IMG/VR virus record: IMGVR_UViG_3300023095_000004
Coordinates: 1 to 42,138 of that record
Length of the DNA: 42,138 nucleotides
DNA from: a virus
Taxonomy: Duplodnaviria; Caudoviricetes
Reading direction: 5' to 3' (one strand)
Shown piece by piece: positions 9,029 through 18,500 of the stretch. The stretch's first letter is position 1. Each line of letters opens with the position of its first letter. Position numbers and translations under genes: made by a program. The notes beneath the pieces were generated by a model. The model did no database searches. It saw only the letters and a program-made list of their open reading frames with translations, and was not told the origin of the DNA.

Positions 9029-10978
9029 ATGGAAGCTGACTTCAGTGGTTATGCAACCAAGGCAGGTCTCAAGTGCACTGACGGCCGGACGATTATGCCG
9101 GACGCATTCGCACATCAGAACACCACCAAGGTCCCTCTGGTCTGGAAGCACGGACACGACGACCCCACCAACGTTCTCGGCCACATGATGCTCGAGACTC
9201 GAGACGATGGCGTTTACGCCTACGGCTTTTTCAACAACACCGACAAAGCGATCCACATCAAGGAAACCGTCCAGCACGGCGACCTGGATTCGCTCTCCAT
9301 CTGGGCCAACGGTCTTGTCGAAAAGAACAAGCAGGTCTTCCACGGACAGATCCGCGAAGTCAGTCTTGTCCTCGCCGGCGCCAATCCCGGGGCGAAGATC
9401 GACAACGTGGCGGTTCGCCATTCTGATGGCGAAGTCGATTACCTGGCCGACGAGGCCATCATTACCACCGGTCTGAGTCTGGAAGAAATTCCGGTCGAAC
9501 ACGCCGGCAACGAAGACGATCTGACTGTCGAGGACGTCTTCAACAGCATGACCGACGAGCAGAAAAAGGCCACGCAGTATCTGGTCGGCGCTGCTTTGGC
9601 GGATCAGGAAGCCGAGCTCAAGCAGAGCCAGGAAGATTCCAACAACCTCGAGCACAAAGAAGGAGCCGGCATGAGCCGCAACATTTTCGAAACGCATGGC
9701 AAGACCGCGTTGAAGGACAAGGACGGCAAAGAGCTCAGCATGCTGTCCCACGACGACATGAAGGAAATCGTCGCCGATGCCGTCAAGAACGGGGGCAAGC
9801 TCAGCGAAGCCATCGATGACTATGCCATCAAGCACGGCATCGAAAACATCGGCGTTCTGTTCCCGGACTTCAAGTCCATCTCGGACCGTCCGGAATTCAA
9901 CCAGCGGCGTACCGAGTGGGTCGCCTCTGTCATGTCGGCGATCAGCCATACCCCCTTCGCTCGGATCAAGACTCTGTACGCGGACATCACCGAGGACGAT
10001 GCTCGAGCCAAGGGTTACATCACCGGGCACCTCAAGAAGGAAGAATTCTTCAAGGTCGCCAAGCGGACCACCGGCCCGACCACGATCTACAAGAAGCAGA
10101 AGCTCGATCGGGACGACATCATCGACATCATCGACTTCGACGTCGTCGCGTGGATGAAGATGGAAATGCGGATGATGCTGGACGAGGAAATCGCGCGTGC
10201 GATCCTCATCGGCGACGGTCGTGAATTCGACGACGAAGACAAGATCAAGGATCCGGAGGGCGCCAACGACGGTCTGGGTATCCGCTCTATCGTGAACGAT
10301 CACGAGCTCTACACGTCCAGGATCTACTTCAATTTGGACGACGGTGGCTCTTCGAACAGCGAGCTCACCGACGGCATCCTCGCCTCGCGCGTGTTGCTCA
10401 AGGGCACCGGCACTCCGACGTTCTTCACCACCGAGGCCCTCCTCACCAAGCTGCTGTTGACCCGGGATACCCAGGGCCGGCGCCTCTACCGCACCGTGTC
10501 CGAACTCGCCTCTGAACTTCGCGTGGATAACATCATCCCCGTCGAGGTCATGGAGACCGAGCCCGATCTGCTCGGCGTCATCGTCAACCTGACCGACTAC
10601 ACTGTCGGCGCCGATAAGGGCGGTGAAGTCACTCTATTCGATGACTTCGACATCGACTACAACCAGTACAAGTACCTGATCGAAACCCGGATCTCCGGCG
10701 CTCTCAAGAAGCTGAAGTCGGCGATCGCGGTTTACAAGACTGCGGCCGTCAACGTCTTGGTCACCCCGACCAAGCCGGCTTTCAACCAGGCCACCAACAC
10801 CATCACCATCCCGACCCAGACCGGTGTCAGCTACAAGATCAACGGCGTGTCCAAGTCGGCCGGCTCCAACACGGTCATCACTGCCGATGCGGTTGTCGAG
10901 GCCACTGCGGCCGCCGGCTACTACTTCGCCAACAGCGATGTGGACGACTGGACGTTCGACTTCAAGCCCACTTCCTGA
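9029..10978 (+). CDS. Prohead protease - scaffold - major capsid protein fusion with C-terminal Ig-like extension
   Basis: N-terminal HK97-type protease (FSGYA, LVWKH, SLSIWA, IREVSLV..GANPGA), acidic linker, HK97-fold capsid region, beta-rich tail; strongly biased codons. Confidence 0.9.
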   Translation: MEADFSGYATKAGLKCTDGRTIMPDAFAHQNTTKVPLVWKHGHDDPTNVLGHMMLETRDDGVYAYGFFNNTDKAIHIKETVQHGDLDSLSIWANGLVEKNKQVFHGQIREVSLVLAGANPGAKIDNVAVRHSDGEVDYLADEAIITTGLSLEEIPVEHAGNEDDLTVEDVFNSMTDEQKKATQYLVGAALADQEAELKQSQEDSNNLEHKEGAGMSRNIFETHGKTALKDKDGKELSMLSHDDMKEIVADAVKNGGKLSEAIDDYAIKHGIENIGVLFPDFKSISDRPEFNQRRTEWVASVMSAISHTPFARIKTLYADITEDDARAKGYITGHLKKEEFFKVAKRTTGPTTIYKKQKLDRDDIIDIIDFDVVAWMKMEMRMMLDEEIARAILIGDGREFDDEDKIKDPEGANDGLGIRSIVNDHELYTSRIYFNLDDGGSSNSELTDGILASRVLLKGTGTPTFFTTEALLTKLLLTRDTQGRRLYRTVSELASELRVDNIIPVEVMETEPDLLGVIVNLTDYTVGADKGGEVTLFDDFDIDYNQYKYLIETRISGALKKLKSAIAVYKTAAVNVLVTPTKPAFNQATNTITIPTQTGVSYKINGVSKSAGSNTVITADAVVEATAAAGYYFANSDVDDWTFDFKPTS

Positions 10979-10992
10979 CCTAGGGCGGTCTC

Positions 10993-11313
10993 ATGAAGTT
11001 TTACGGCCTCATTGGTTATGGAGAAACCGAAGAGACCGCCCCCGGTGTGCATGAACTCGTAATCACTAAGCGTGCATATTTTGGTGATGTCGAGCGTAAT
11101 AGTCGACAGATTCCGCAGGGAGAGAATCTCAACAACGATCTCTCTGTGAATAATTCGATTAGCATCGTGGCTGATGCGTATGCGCACGAGCACTTCCATA
11201 AGATTCAGTTCGTAGAATGGCAGGGGGCTCCGTGGACGGTTACAGACGTCGATGTGCGGAGCCCCCGGCTGATCCTCCGACTGGGAGGTGTTTACAATGG
11301 GCCAACGAGTTGA
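10993..11313 (+). CDS. Putative head closure/stopper protein
   Basis: Position after the capsid gene; beta-rich with W.G..W.V..V...PRL pattern. Confidence 0.6.
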   Translation: MKFYGLIGYGETEETAPGVHELVITKRAYFGDVERNSRQIPQGENLNNDLSVNNSISIVADAYAHEHFHKIQFVEWQGAPWTVTDVDVRSPRLILRLGGVYNGPTS

Positions 11314-11602
11314 TTTTCAAGTAATTCTTGAAGAGCTTCTCGGATCGGGTGCGGTATTTTTCCAACCTCCGACCAATTTCAAGATGGTATATCCGTGCAT
11401 CGTTTATAGGCGGGACGATGTGCGGCCCGAACACGCCAACAACAAGCTTTACCAATCGACAACCCGTTATCAAGTAACGGTAATTGATCGAAATCCCGAC
11501 TCGGTCATACCTGACAAAGTCGCTCAACTGCCCATGACGAACTTTGACAGGTTCTTCACAGCAGACAATCTCAACCATGACGTGTTCAACGTCTACTTCT
11601 GA
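11297..11602 (+). CDS. Putative tail terminator/completion protein
   Basis: VFFQPP..MVYPCIVY pattern; directly before the major tail protein; GGAGG RBS before ATG 11297. Confidence 0.65.
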   Translation: MGQRVDFQVILEELLGSGAVFFQPPTNFKMVYPCIVYRRDDVRPEHANNKLYQSTTRYQVTVIDRNPDSVIPDKVAQLPMTNFDRFFTADNLNHDVFNVYF

Positions 11603-11611
11603 GGAGGAGTA

Positions 11612-12289
11612 ATGGCTCCAATTGTTTGGGACAAAGTCGGTGAACGGATCTACGAGACGGGTGTCGATCACGGCGTCTTGTATCTGACCGACGAAGACGG
11701 CGAATACACCAGTGGTGTCGCCTGGAACGGCCTCACCGGTGTGACGGAATCTCCGTCCGGCGCCGAGACCAGCCCGCAGTACGCGGACAACATGAAGTAC
11801 CTGAACCTCACCTCCGCCGAGGACTTCGGCGCCACCGTCGAAGCGTTCACCTACCCCGACGAGTTCGGGCAGTGCGACGGTACAGCGGAACCGGAACCCG
11901 GCGTCTTGATCGGTCAGCAGAACCGGAAGTCCTTCGGTCTCTCTTACCGGACTCTCATCGGAAACGACCTCGAGGGTCAGGGCTTCGGCTACAAACTGCA
12001 CCTCGTTTACGGTGCGATGGCGGCGCCGTCCGAGAAGGCCTTCGCAACGGTGAACGATTCGCCCGAACCGATCACCTTCAGCTGGGAACTGACCACCACT
12101 CCGGTGGCAGTCGGCGAAATTGGCGGCGTGGTCTACAAGCCCACCGCCAGCGTCACCATCGATTCCACCAAGGTCAATGCAGCGGACCTCGCCGCATTCG
12201 AACTCATTCTGTACGGCAGCGGTACCGGACCGGGCGTTGCTCCGCGTCTTCCCTCGCCGGCAGAAGTCATCGCGGCTTTCGCCGCCTGA
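11612..12289 (+). CDS. Major tail protein
   Basis: YETGVDHGVLY, AWNGLT, YADNMKY, FGLSYRT and PITFSWE motifs; high-expression codon usage. Confidence 0.88.
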   Translation: MAPIVWDKVGERIYETGVDHGVLYLTDEDGEYTSGVAWNGLTGVTESPSGAETSPQYADNMKYLNLTSAEDFGATVEAFTYPDEFGQCDGTAEPEPGVLIGQQNRKSFGLSYRTLIGNDLEGQGFGYKLHLVYGAMAAPSEKAFATVNDSPEPITFSWELTTTPVAVGEIGGVVYKPTASVTIDSTKVNAADLAAFELILYGSGTGPGVAPRLPSPAEVIAAFAA

Positions 12290-12326
12290 TAATTCGCCAC
12301 CTTTTGTGGTAGAAAGAAGTTGGAGA

Positions 12327-12866
12327 ATGCTCCAGATTATAGTCCCAGGTGAAGAAGGGTTCAATGAGAACACCAATGAATTCTTTACCGTAGGGGACGT
12401 CACCCTTGTTCTGGAGCATTCTCTTGTTTCTTTGTCAAAATGGGAGTCGAAGTATGAAGTCCCGTTTCTTGCAAAGGGTACGAGACCGCCAGAACAAACT
12501 CTAGATTACATTAAGATGATGATCGTCGGTGATTTTCCGGAAGGAATTCTTCTGAAACTTACCGAAGAGAATGTCGATGCCATTCAGACGTATATCGAAT
12601 CAAAGCAAACCGCCACAACCTTTCCGCAGAGAACAAATCACAAGCGGCAAAACGAAACGGTTACTGCCGAATTGATCTACTACTGGATGGTCGCGCATCA
12701 AATTCCATTCGAATGCGAAACGTGGCATCTCAATAAGTTACTCACTCTTATTCAGGTTTGTAACGTCAAGAATAGCAAACCCACTAAGATGAGTGCCACT
12801 GAAAGAAATGCTGAAATGCGTAGACTGAACGCTCAGCGACGAGAGCAGCACAAAACCAGCGGATAG
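12327..12866 (+). CDS. Tail assembly chaperone-like protein
   Basis: Follows the major tail protein; LEHSLVSLSKWESK and WHLNKLLTLI motifs; GGAG before ATG 12327. Confidence 0.6.
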   Translation: MLQIIVPGEEGFNENTNEFFTVGDVTLVLEHSLVSLSKWESKYEVPFLAKGTRPPEQTLDYIKMMIVGDFPEGILLKLTEENVDAIQTYIESKQTATTFPQRTNHKRQNETVTAELIYYWMVAHQIPFECETWHLNKLLTLIQVCNVKNSKPTKMSATERNAEMRRLNAQRREQHKTSG

Positions 12867-12876
12867 GAGGCTTGCC

Positions 12877-13521
12877 ATTACTAAAATCGAGTGGGATAAG
12901 ATTGAAGATCGGACCTACGAAAGAGGAGTTAGTAAGGGTGTGCTTTATCCGCCCACTGGTCCTGGCGTTCCGTGGAACGGTTTAGTTTCTGTAGCTGAAA
13001 ACGAGCTCGGTGGGAATGTCGAGCCGTATTATCTGGATGGTCGAAAGATTCGAGATCATGTAGAGAATCGAGACTATTCAGGAACGCTGACTGCTTTCTC
13101 GGCGCCACGTGAGTTTGATATCTGTTTGGGAACCAAGCAAATCTTTCCCGGATTCTCAATCACCGGACAACCTCGACCCTCCTTCGGTTTGAGTTACCAA
13201 ACTCGAGTAAACGAAGATCATTACAAAATTCATTTGATTTACAACGCCACAGTTACTCCTGGCTCTGAGAGTAATCCAACCCGGAATCGTCGTACCAGCG
13301 TATTGACTAAGTCATATTCGATTGATGCTGTGCCGCCAAATGTAGATTTTCCCCCGGGGGTAACTCCATGGAAACCTTCGGCGCACATCATTATCGATTC
13401 TCGACGCACAAACCCCTTTGGTATGCTTGGGTTGTCACAGGCTCTGTATGGTCCTAATTATGGTGAAGATCTGCCATATTTGCCCACACAAGAACAAGTC
13501 GCCACATTGTTAATCGGATAG
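12877..13521 (+). CDS. Major-tail-protein paralog 2 (probable ATT start)
   Basis: Similarity to the major tail protein extends upstream of GTG 12940 to ATT 12877 (ITKIEWDKIEDRTYERGVSKGVLY); AGGAGG lies 6 nt upstream. Confidence 0.75.
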   Translation: MTKIEWDKIEDRTYERGVSKGVLYPPTGPGVPWNGLVSVAENELGGNVEPYYLDGRKIRDHVENRDYSGTLTAFSAPREFDICLGTKQIFPGFSITGQPRPSFGLSYQTRVNEDHYKIHLIYNATVTPGSESNPTRNRRTSVLTKSYSIDAVPPNVDFPPGVTPWKPSAHIIIDSRRTNPFGMLGLSQALYGPNYGEDLPYLPTQEQVATLLIG

Positions 13522-13528
13522 GAGTGTC

Positions 13529-14335
13529 ATGGCAAGACTTATTTGGGACGCTCCTGGCGAAAAGTTCTACGAGACCGGCGTAGACCACGCGGTTCTATAT
13601 TTGCCGGGTGGCGGAATTGTCCCTTGGAACGGCATTACGTCTATTGACGAGAACGTTGATGATGCTGGCGCCGATCCAGTATATTTCGATGGACAGCTAG
13701 TTCGCCACGTACGGTATGCCATCGATTACCAAGCCACAGTCAATGCATTCACATATCCTGAGGAATTCGAAGACGTTCAGGGATTTCGTGATCTTGACAA
13801 CGGCATGTCTACTACAGCACAGCCGCTTCGGCAATTCTCAATGTCTTATCGAACTTCTGTGGGTTCAGACACTACTACAGAGGACGCCAACTACAAGATT
13901 CATATCTTGTACAATCTGACAGCCATTGCTCGAGACATCAAGTACGGCACGATTCAGGGAACAGTGGCTCCGACGGTTTTCTCATGGGATCTATCTGGTC
14001 TTCCTGAGGATCTAGAGGGCTACGCTCCTTCTGCGCATTTCATTGCCGACTCACGATATTTGACTGCAGTTCGACTTGAGTATTTGACCGACATCCTTTA
14101 CGGTACCGATCTTGTCGATCCGTCGTTTCCGTCCATTGAAGATCTAATCGAGATCGTTCAGACCAAACTGGCAATTGAGATAATTGACAATGGAGATGGA
14201 AGCTGGACCGCTATTGGCGCCTCGTCTCGAGTCAAACAAATCGACCCCGACACAATCATGTTGATCGACGTTGACGGGTACGAGGAATCCCCCGGCACCT
14301 TCGTTATCCAATCAACGGCTCAGGAGATGCCATGA
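13529..14335 (+). CDS. Major-tail-protein paralog 3 with C-terminal extension
   Basis: WDAPGEKFYETGVDHAVLY, PWNGIT, AFTYPEEF, FSMSYRT and FSWD all align with 11612..12289. Confidence 0.8.
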   Translation: MARLIWDAPGEKFYETGVDHAVLYLPGGGIVPWNGITSIDENVDDAGADPVYFDGQLVRHVRYAIDYQATVNAFTYPEEFEDVQGFRDLDNGMSTTAQPLRQFSMSYRTSVGSDTTTEDANYKIHILYNLTAIARDIKYGTIQGTVAPTVFSWDLSGLPEDLEGYAPSAHFIADSRYLTAVRLEYLTDILYGTDLVDPSFPSIEDLIEIVQTKLAIEIIDNGDGSWTAIGASSRVKQIDPDTIMLIDVDGYEESPGTFVIQSTAQEMP

Positions 14336-15129
14336 GTATAGTTACTGCTTTGTCCAAGGCTAAAGCTTTGGAGTTAGCCGCGCAGGACATCATCAGTGGC
14401 GCGATCTCTGGTGACGATCTGATATTGACTCGTCGAAATGGCGACGTTATCAATGCGGGAAATGTTCGTGGCCAAATTGGTCCTCAAGGTCTTACCGGCA
14501 TCGGTCTTATTCCTACTGGTATGATTCTGATGTTCGCTAACAGCGCATTCATCCCAGCAGGCGGATTTCTTTGGTGTAATGGCGCCGCTGTTTCTCGGAC
14601 CACATATTCTGCACTGTTTGCCATTCTGGGAACGGTGTATGGCGTCGGAGATGGCAGCACTACATTCAACTTGCCGAACTTTACCGGAAAATTCCCCCGG
14701 GGGAATTCCGCCGGCGTTGGGGGAGGTGCCGATTCTCACGGACACGCCACGTCTCAGCCTGCACACACGCATACATTCACTGGTACAGCGCATACGCACA
14801 CTACACCCGCGCACAGTCACTCTCTCTCTGACAACGGCCAAGCGCAAATTTCTTTGATCGCCAGTGCTCCGGCAACCGTCCTTCGTCGGATCACAACCAC
14901 CACCTACACAGCAAACGTCTCATCGAATACGGCGGCTGCTGTAGGTAGTACGCAGTCACTGTCCACGGGTGCTGCTCTGGCCGGCGCCACGGATTCTGGC
15001 GGATCCGGCACCTCTGGCAGCACGACTGCTGGCGGCACAAACTCCTCCACGACTCCGGCTGCTGGTTCTACAGACGTACAAAACAACATCCCCGCATACA
15101 CCGGCGTGATGTTCCTCATCAAGTACTAA
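14332..15129 (+). CDS. Tail fibre protein with phage tail-collar domain
   Basis: PTGMILMFA..GFLWCNGAAVSRTTYSALFAILGTVYGVGDGSTTFNLPN; HxH repeats; C-terminal NNIPAY...IKY. Confidence 0.88.
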   Translation: MSIVTALSKAKALELAAQDIISGAISGDDLILTRRNGDVINAGNVRGQIGPQGLTGIGLIPTGMILMFANSAFIPAGGFLWCNGAAVSRTTYSALFAILGTVYGVGDGSTTFNLPNFTGKFPRGNSAGVGGGADSHGHATSQPAHTHTFTGTAHTHTTPAHSHSLSDNGQAQISLIASAPATVLRRITTTTYTANVSSNTAAAVGSTQSLSTGAALAGATDSGGSGTSGSTTAGGTNSSTTPAAGSTDVQNNIPAYTGVMFLIKY

Positions 15130-15151
15130 TCATATTCGAGAAGGAGCTGTA

Positions 15152-15529
15152 GTGTTTACCGTAAAATCACGCGGCGACTTCAAGAAGACTGAAAAGTTCT
15201 TGAGGGAAATGTCGAAACGGCGGATCAAGAAGATCCTGCAAGAAAAAGGCCAATTGGGTATTGAAGCTCTTGAGTCGGCAACGCCCCGTGAGTCTGGAAT
15301 TACTGCTGGATCCTGGCAGTTTGATGTTGTCGTCAAAGGTGGAACATATTCTTTGGTGTGGAGTAATTCACATTTAATTAATGGTGTTCCGTTGGCAATT
15401 CTTCTCCAATACGGCCACGGTACTGGTACCGGCGGTTACGTAGAGGGAAGAGACTTCATCAATTCGGCGATCCGCCCGATATTCGACAGAATCGCTGACG
15501 ATGTATGGAAGATGGTGAAATCCGCATGA
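15152..15529 (+). CDS. HK97 gp10-like tail component
   Basis: ATPRESG.TA.SW, LQYGHGT and GRDFINSA motifs. Confidence 0.7.
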   Translation: MFTVKSRGDFKKTEKFLREMSKRRIKKILQEKGQLGIEALESATPRESGITAGSWQFDVVVKGGTYSLVWSNSHLINGVPLAILLQYGHGTGTGGYVEGRDFINSAIRPIFDRIADDVWKMVKSA

Positions 15530-18500
15530 GTGGTGTTGACAACCGCGTAGTACAAATGAAGTTTGACAACAACCAGTTCGAGCGGGAAACCCAATCTACC
15601 ATGGGTCTTCTCGACAAGTTGAAGACCAAACTCGGATTCAAAGGAAGTAAAGAGGGAATCGAAGGTGTGCAACGCTCCTTTGCCAAATTCTCTCTCGGTG
15701 GTATTGGCGCCGGCGTTGACGCAATCAAGGCAAAGTTTTCTTCGCTTTCTGTAGTTGGCGCCGCGGCTATCGCAAATATCACCACTCGTGCTGTGGACTC
15801 GGGTCTAAAGATCGCCAAGGCGTTCTCGACCGACGGCATCATGGGTGGTCTGGAAGAGTACGAAACGAATCTCAACTCCATCCAGACCATTCTCGCCAAC
15901 ACCAGCACTAAAGGTACGTCCCTCGACGACGTCAACAAGGCTCTACAAGAGCTCAACACATATTCCGATAAAACGATTTACAACTTCTCCGAAATGGCCG
16001 CTAACATCGGCACATTCACGGCAGCCGGTGTAAATCTTGACACAGCCACGGACGCCATCAAGGGTATTGCTAACTTGGCGGCAGTTTCTGGCTCATCCTC
16101 GGAACAAGCATCAACTGCAATGTACCAGCTTTCTCAGGCGATGTCCACCGGCGTACTTACGCTTGAGGACTGGAACTCAGTCACCAACGCAGGTATGGGC
16201 GGTGAGGTCTTCCAGAAGGCTTTGATGGACACTGCTCGCGTAAGCGGTGTAGCTGTCGACCAAATCGTCGCGGATCAGGGAAGTTTCCGAAACTCTCTGC
16301 AGAAGAAGTGGCTCACTTCTGATATTCTGTCGGACACCTTAGCTAAGTTCACTGGCGACCTGACCAAGGCGCAACTGGACTCGATGGGGTATACCGAGGA
16401 GCAGGTCAAGGGCATCCTTAAAATGGGTGTGACGGCCACAAACGCGGCAACCAAGGTCAAGACCATGACTCAGCTCATGGACACCTTGAAAGAGAGCGTT
16501 GGTTCTGGTTGGACTCAGTCTTGGCAGATCGTGCTCGGCGACTTCGAGGAAGCCAAAGACCTTTTCACGGGCATCAATGATGTTCTTGGTGGTGTTGTCG
16601 GAGCTAGCGCTAAAGCGCGTAACGACATGCTGCAAGAGTGGAAAGATTTGGGAGGTCGTCAGGCACTGATCGACAGTTTCTACGCCGCGTTCAAGATCCT
16701 GACCAACGTCACGGGCGCCTTCAGTAAAGCATTCCGGTCTGTCTTCCCTGCGAAGACCGCTAAGGACTGGTACGAGATCACCGATACCATTCGGGATTTC
16801 CTCGAGCGCGTAGCTAAAGGTACCAACAATCTCAAGACGTTCCGAACCATCGTTAAGGGTGTATTTTCTGCCTTCAGCGTAGGGTTCGAATTCATCAAAG
16901 CTTTCGGTGGATTCCTCAAGCGGATATTTGACACCATTTCTGCAGGATCCAACGGCGCCGTAACCCAGTTCCTCGTCAAGATGGCGAAGTGGGTTATCGG
17001 TCTGGATAAAGCGGTCAAGAAAGGCGACACGTTCGTCAAGTTCTTTGATCGTTTGTTCGACAACATCACGAAGTTCGTCGCATATTTGCAAGTCGGTATC
17101 GATAAGGTCAAAGACTTCGTCGGACAGGTCGACTTTGCCAAGATTGGCGACCAAGTCAAGGAGATCGTCCAAAAGGTCAAGGACGGAACCATATCTCTTG
17201 ACGATGCGAAGGAGATCGCCCAGAAGACCTGGGGCGCTATCATCCGCGTATTCCAAGGCGCTATGGACCAATTGGGGGCCATTAGCGATGGGTTCCAATC
17301 TGTCTGGGACAGGGTCGTTGCTGGCTTCGAATGGGTCAAAGAGAAGGTCCAGCCGGTTACCGATTTCATCGGCGAGCTTCTGGGACAGATCAAGGACGCA
17401 TTCAAGAACGCCTTCGCTGGATTCAGCGCAGAACAACTTGGCGCCGGCGGCGGTATTCTCGCTCTTGGTGGTATATTTACCGGCATCATGGCTTTGGTCA
17501 AGAAGTTTATCCAGGAAGTCAAGGACTTCGGGCTACAAGATATCACCAACGAAATCGGCGAGACAATTGGTGCTTTGGGCAACCACCTGAATGCGCTTAC
17601 TGCTAACGTCAAGGCCAAGTCGCTACTTACATTGGCTGCGGCTATTGCGCTTCTTGCGCTCTCGGTGATTGGCCTGGCCGGTATTGACCCCGAAGATCTC
17701 ACCAAATCTTTGACGGCTATCGCGGTTGGCTTCGGCCAGCTGTTGATTGCCATGGGCATTCTCACCAAGATGGCCGGCGCCGGAGGGTTCGCTAAGATCC
17801 CGATTATCGCTGCCGGAATGATCATGCTTGCCGGTGCGGTTCTTATTCTCGCACTAGCCGTCCGTAAGCTATCGGGACTATCGTGGGAGGACCTCAACAA
17901 GGGTTTGACTGCGGTATCTCTGTTGCTTGCCGGCCTGACTGCGGCGATCAAAGTTATATCCGGATCTAGCGGTGGCTTGCTGCGTTCCAGCGTGGGTATG
18001 ATCGCCATGGCCACAGCACTTCAGATTCTAGCCGGAGTTGTCAAAGACTTCGCTGGGATGAAGTGGTCTGAACTGGCTAAAGGTATGGCTGGTGTAGCTA
18101 GTGGTCTAATCGCTATGACTGGCGCCATGAAGCTTATGCCGAAGGGCATGTTGGCAAATGGTGTAGCGTTGATCGCCATTGCTACGGCGTTGAAGATTCT
18201 GTACACCGCGGTAGCTAGTTTCTCCTCGATGGACTGGCCCACTATGGGTCGTGGTCTTGCTGGAGTTGCTGGCGCCTTGGTTGCCATCGCTGCGGCTATG
18301 CAACTGATGCCACAGAATATGATGATGCAGTCTCTTGCTCTCCTCGCTGTCGGCGCCGCGCTGGGCCTAATCGGGCAAGCCGTCGAGGATATGGGTGGCA
18401 TGTCATGGGATGAGATTGGCAAAGGGCTAGCTACGCTTGGTGGCGCCATGATCATTCTTGCTGGTGGCCTCAAACTGATGTCTGGGTCTCTTAACGGCGC

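Noticed and set aside
12327-12866. Programmed -1 frameshift in the tail assembly chaperone
   Set aside because: I found no convincing slippery heptamer. The downstream ORF is in the +1 frame, has its own RBS and is a tail-tube paralog.
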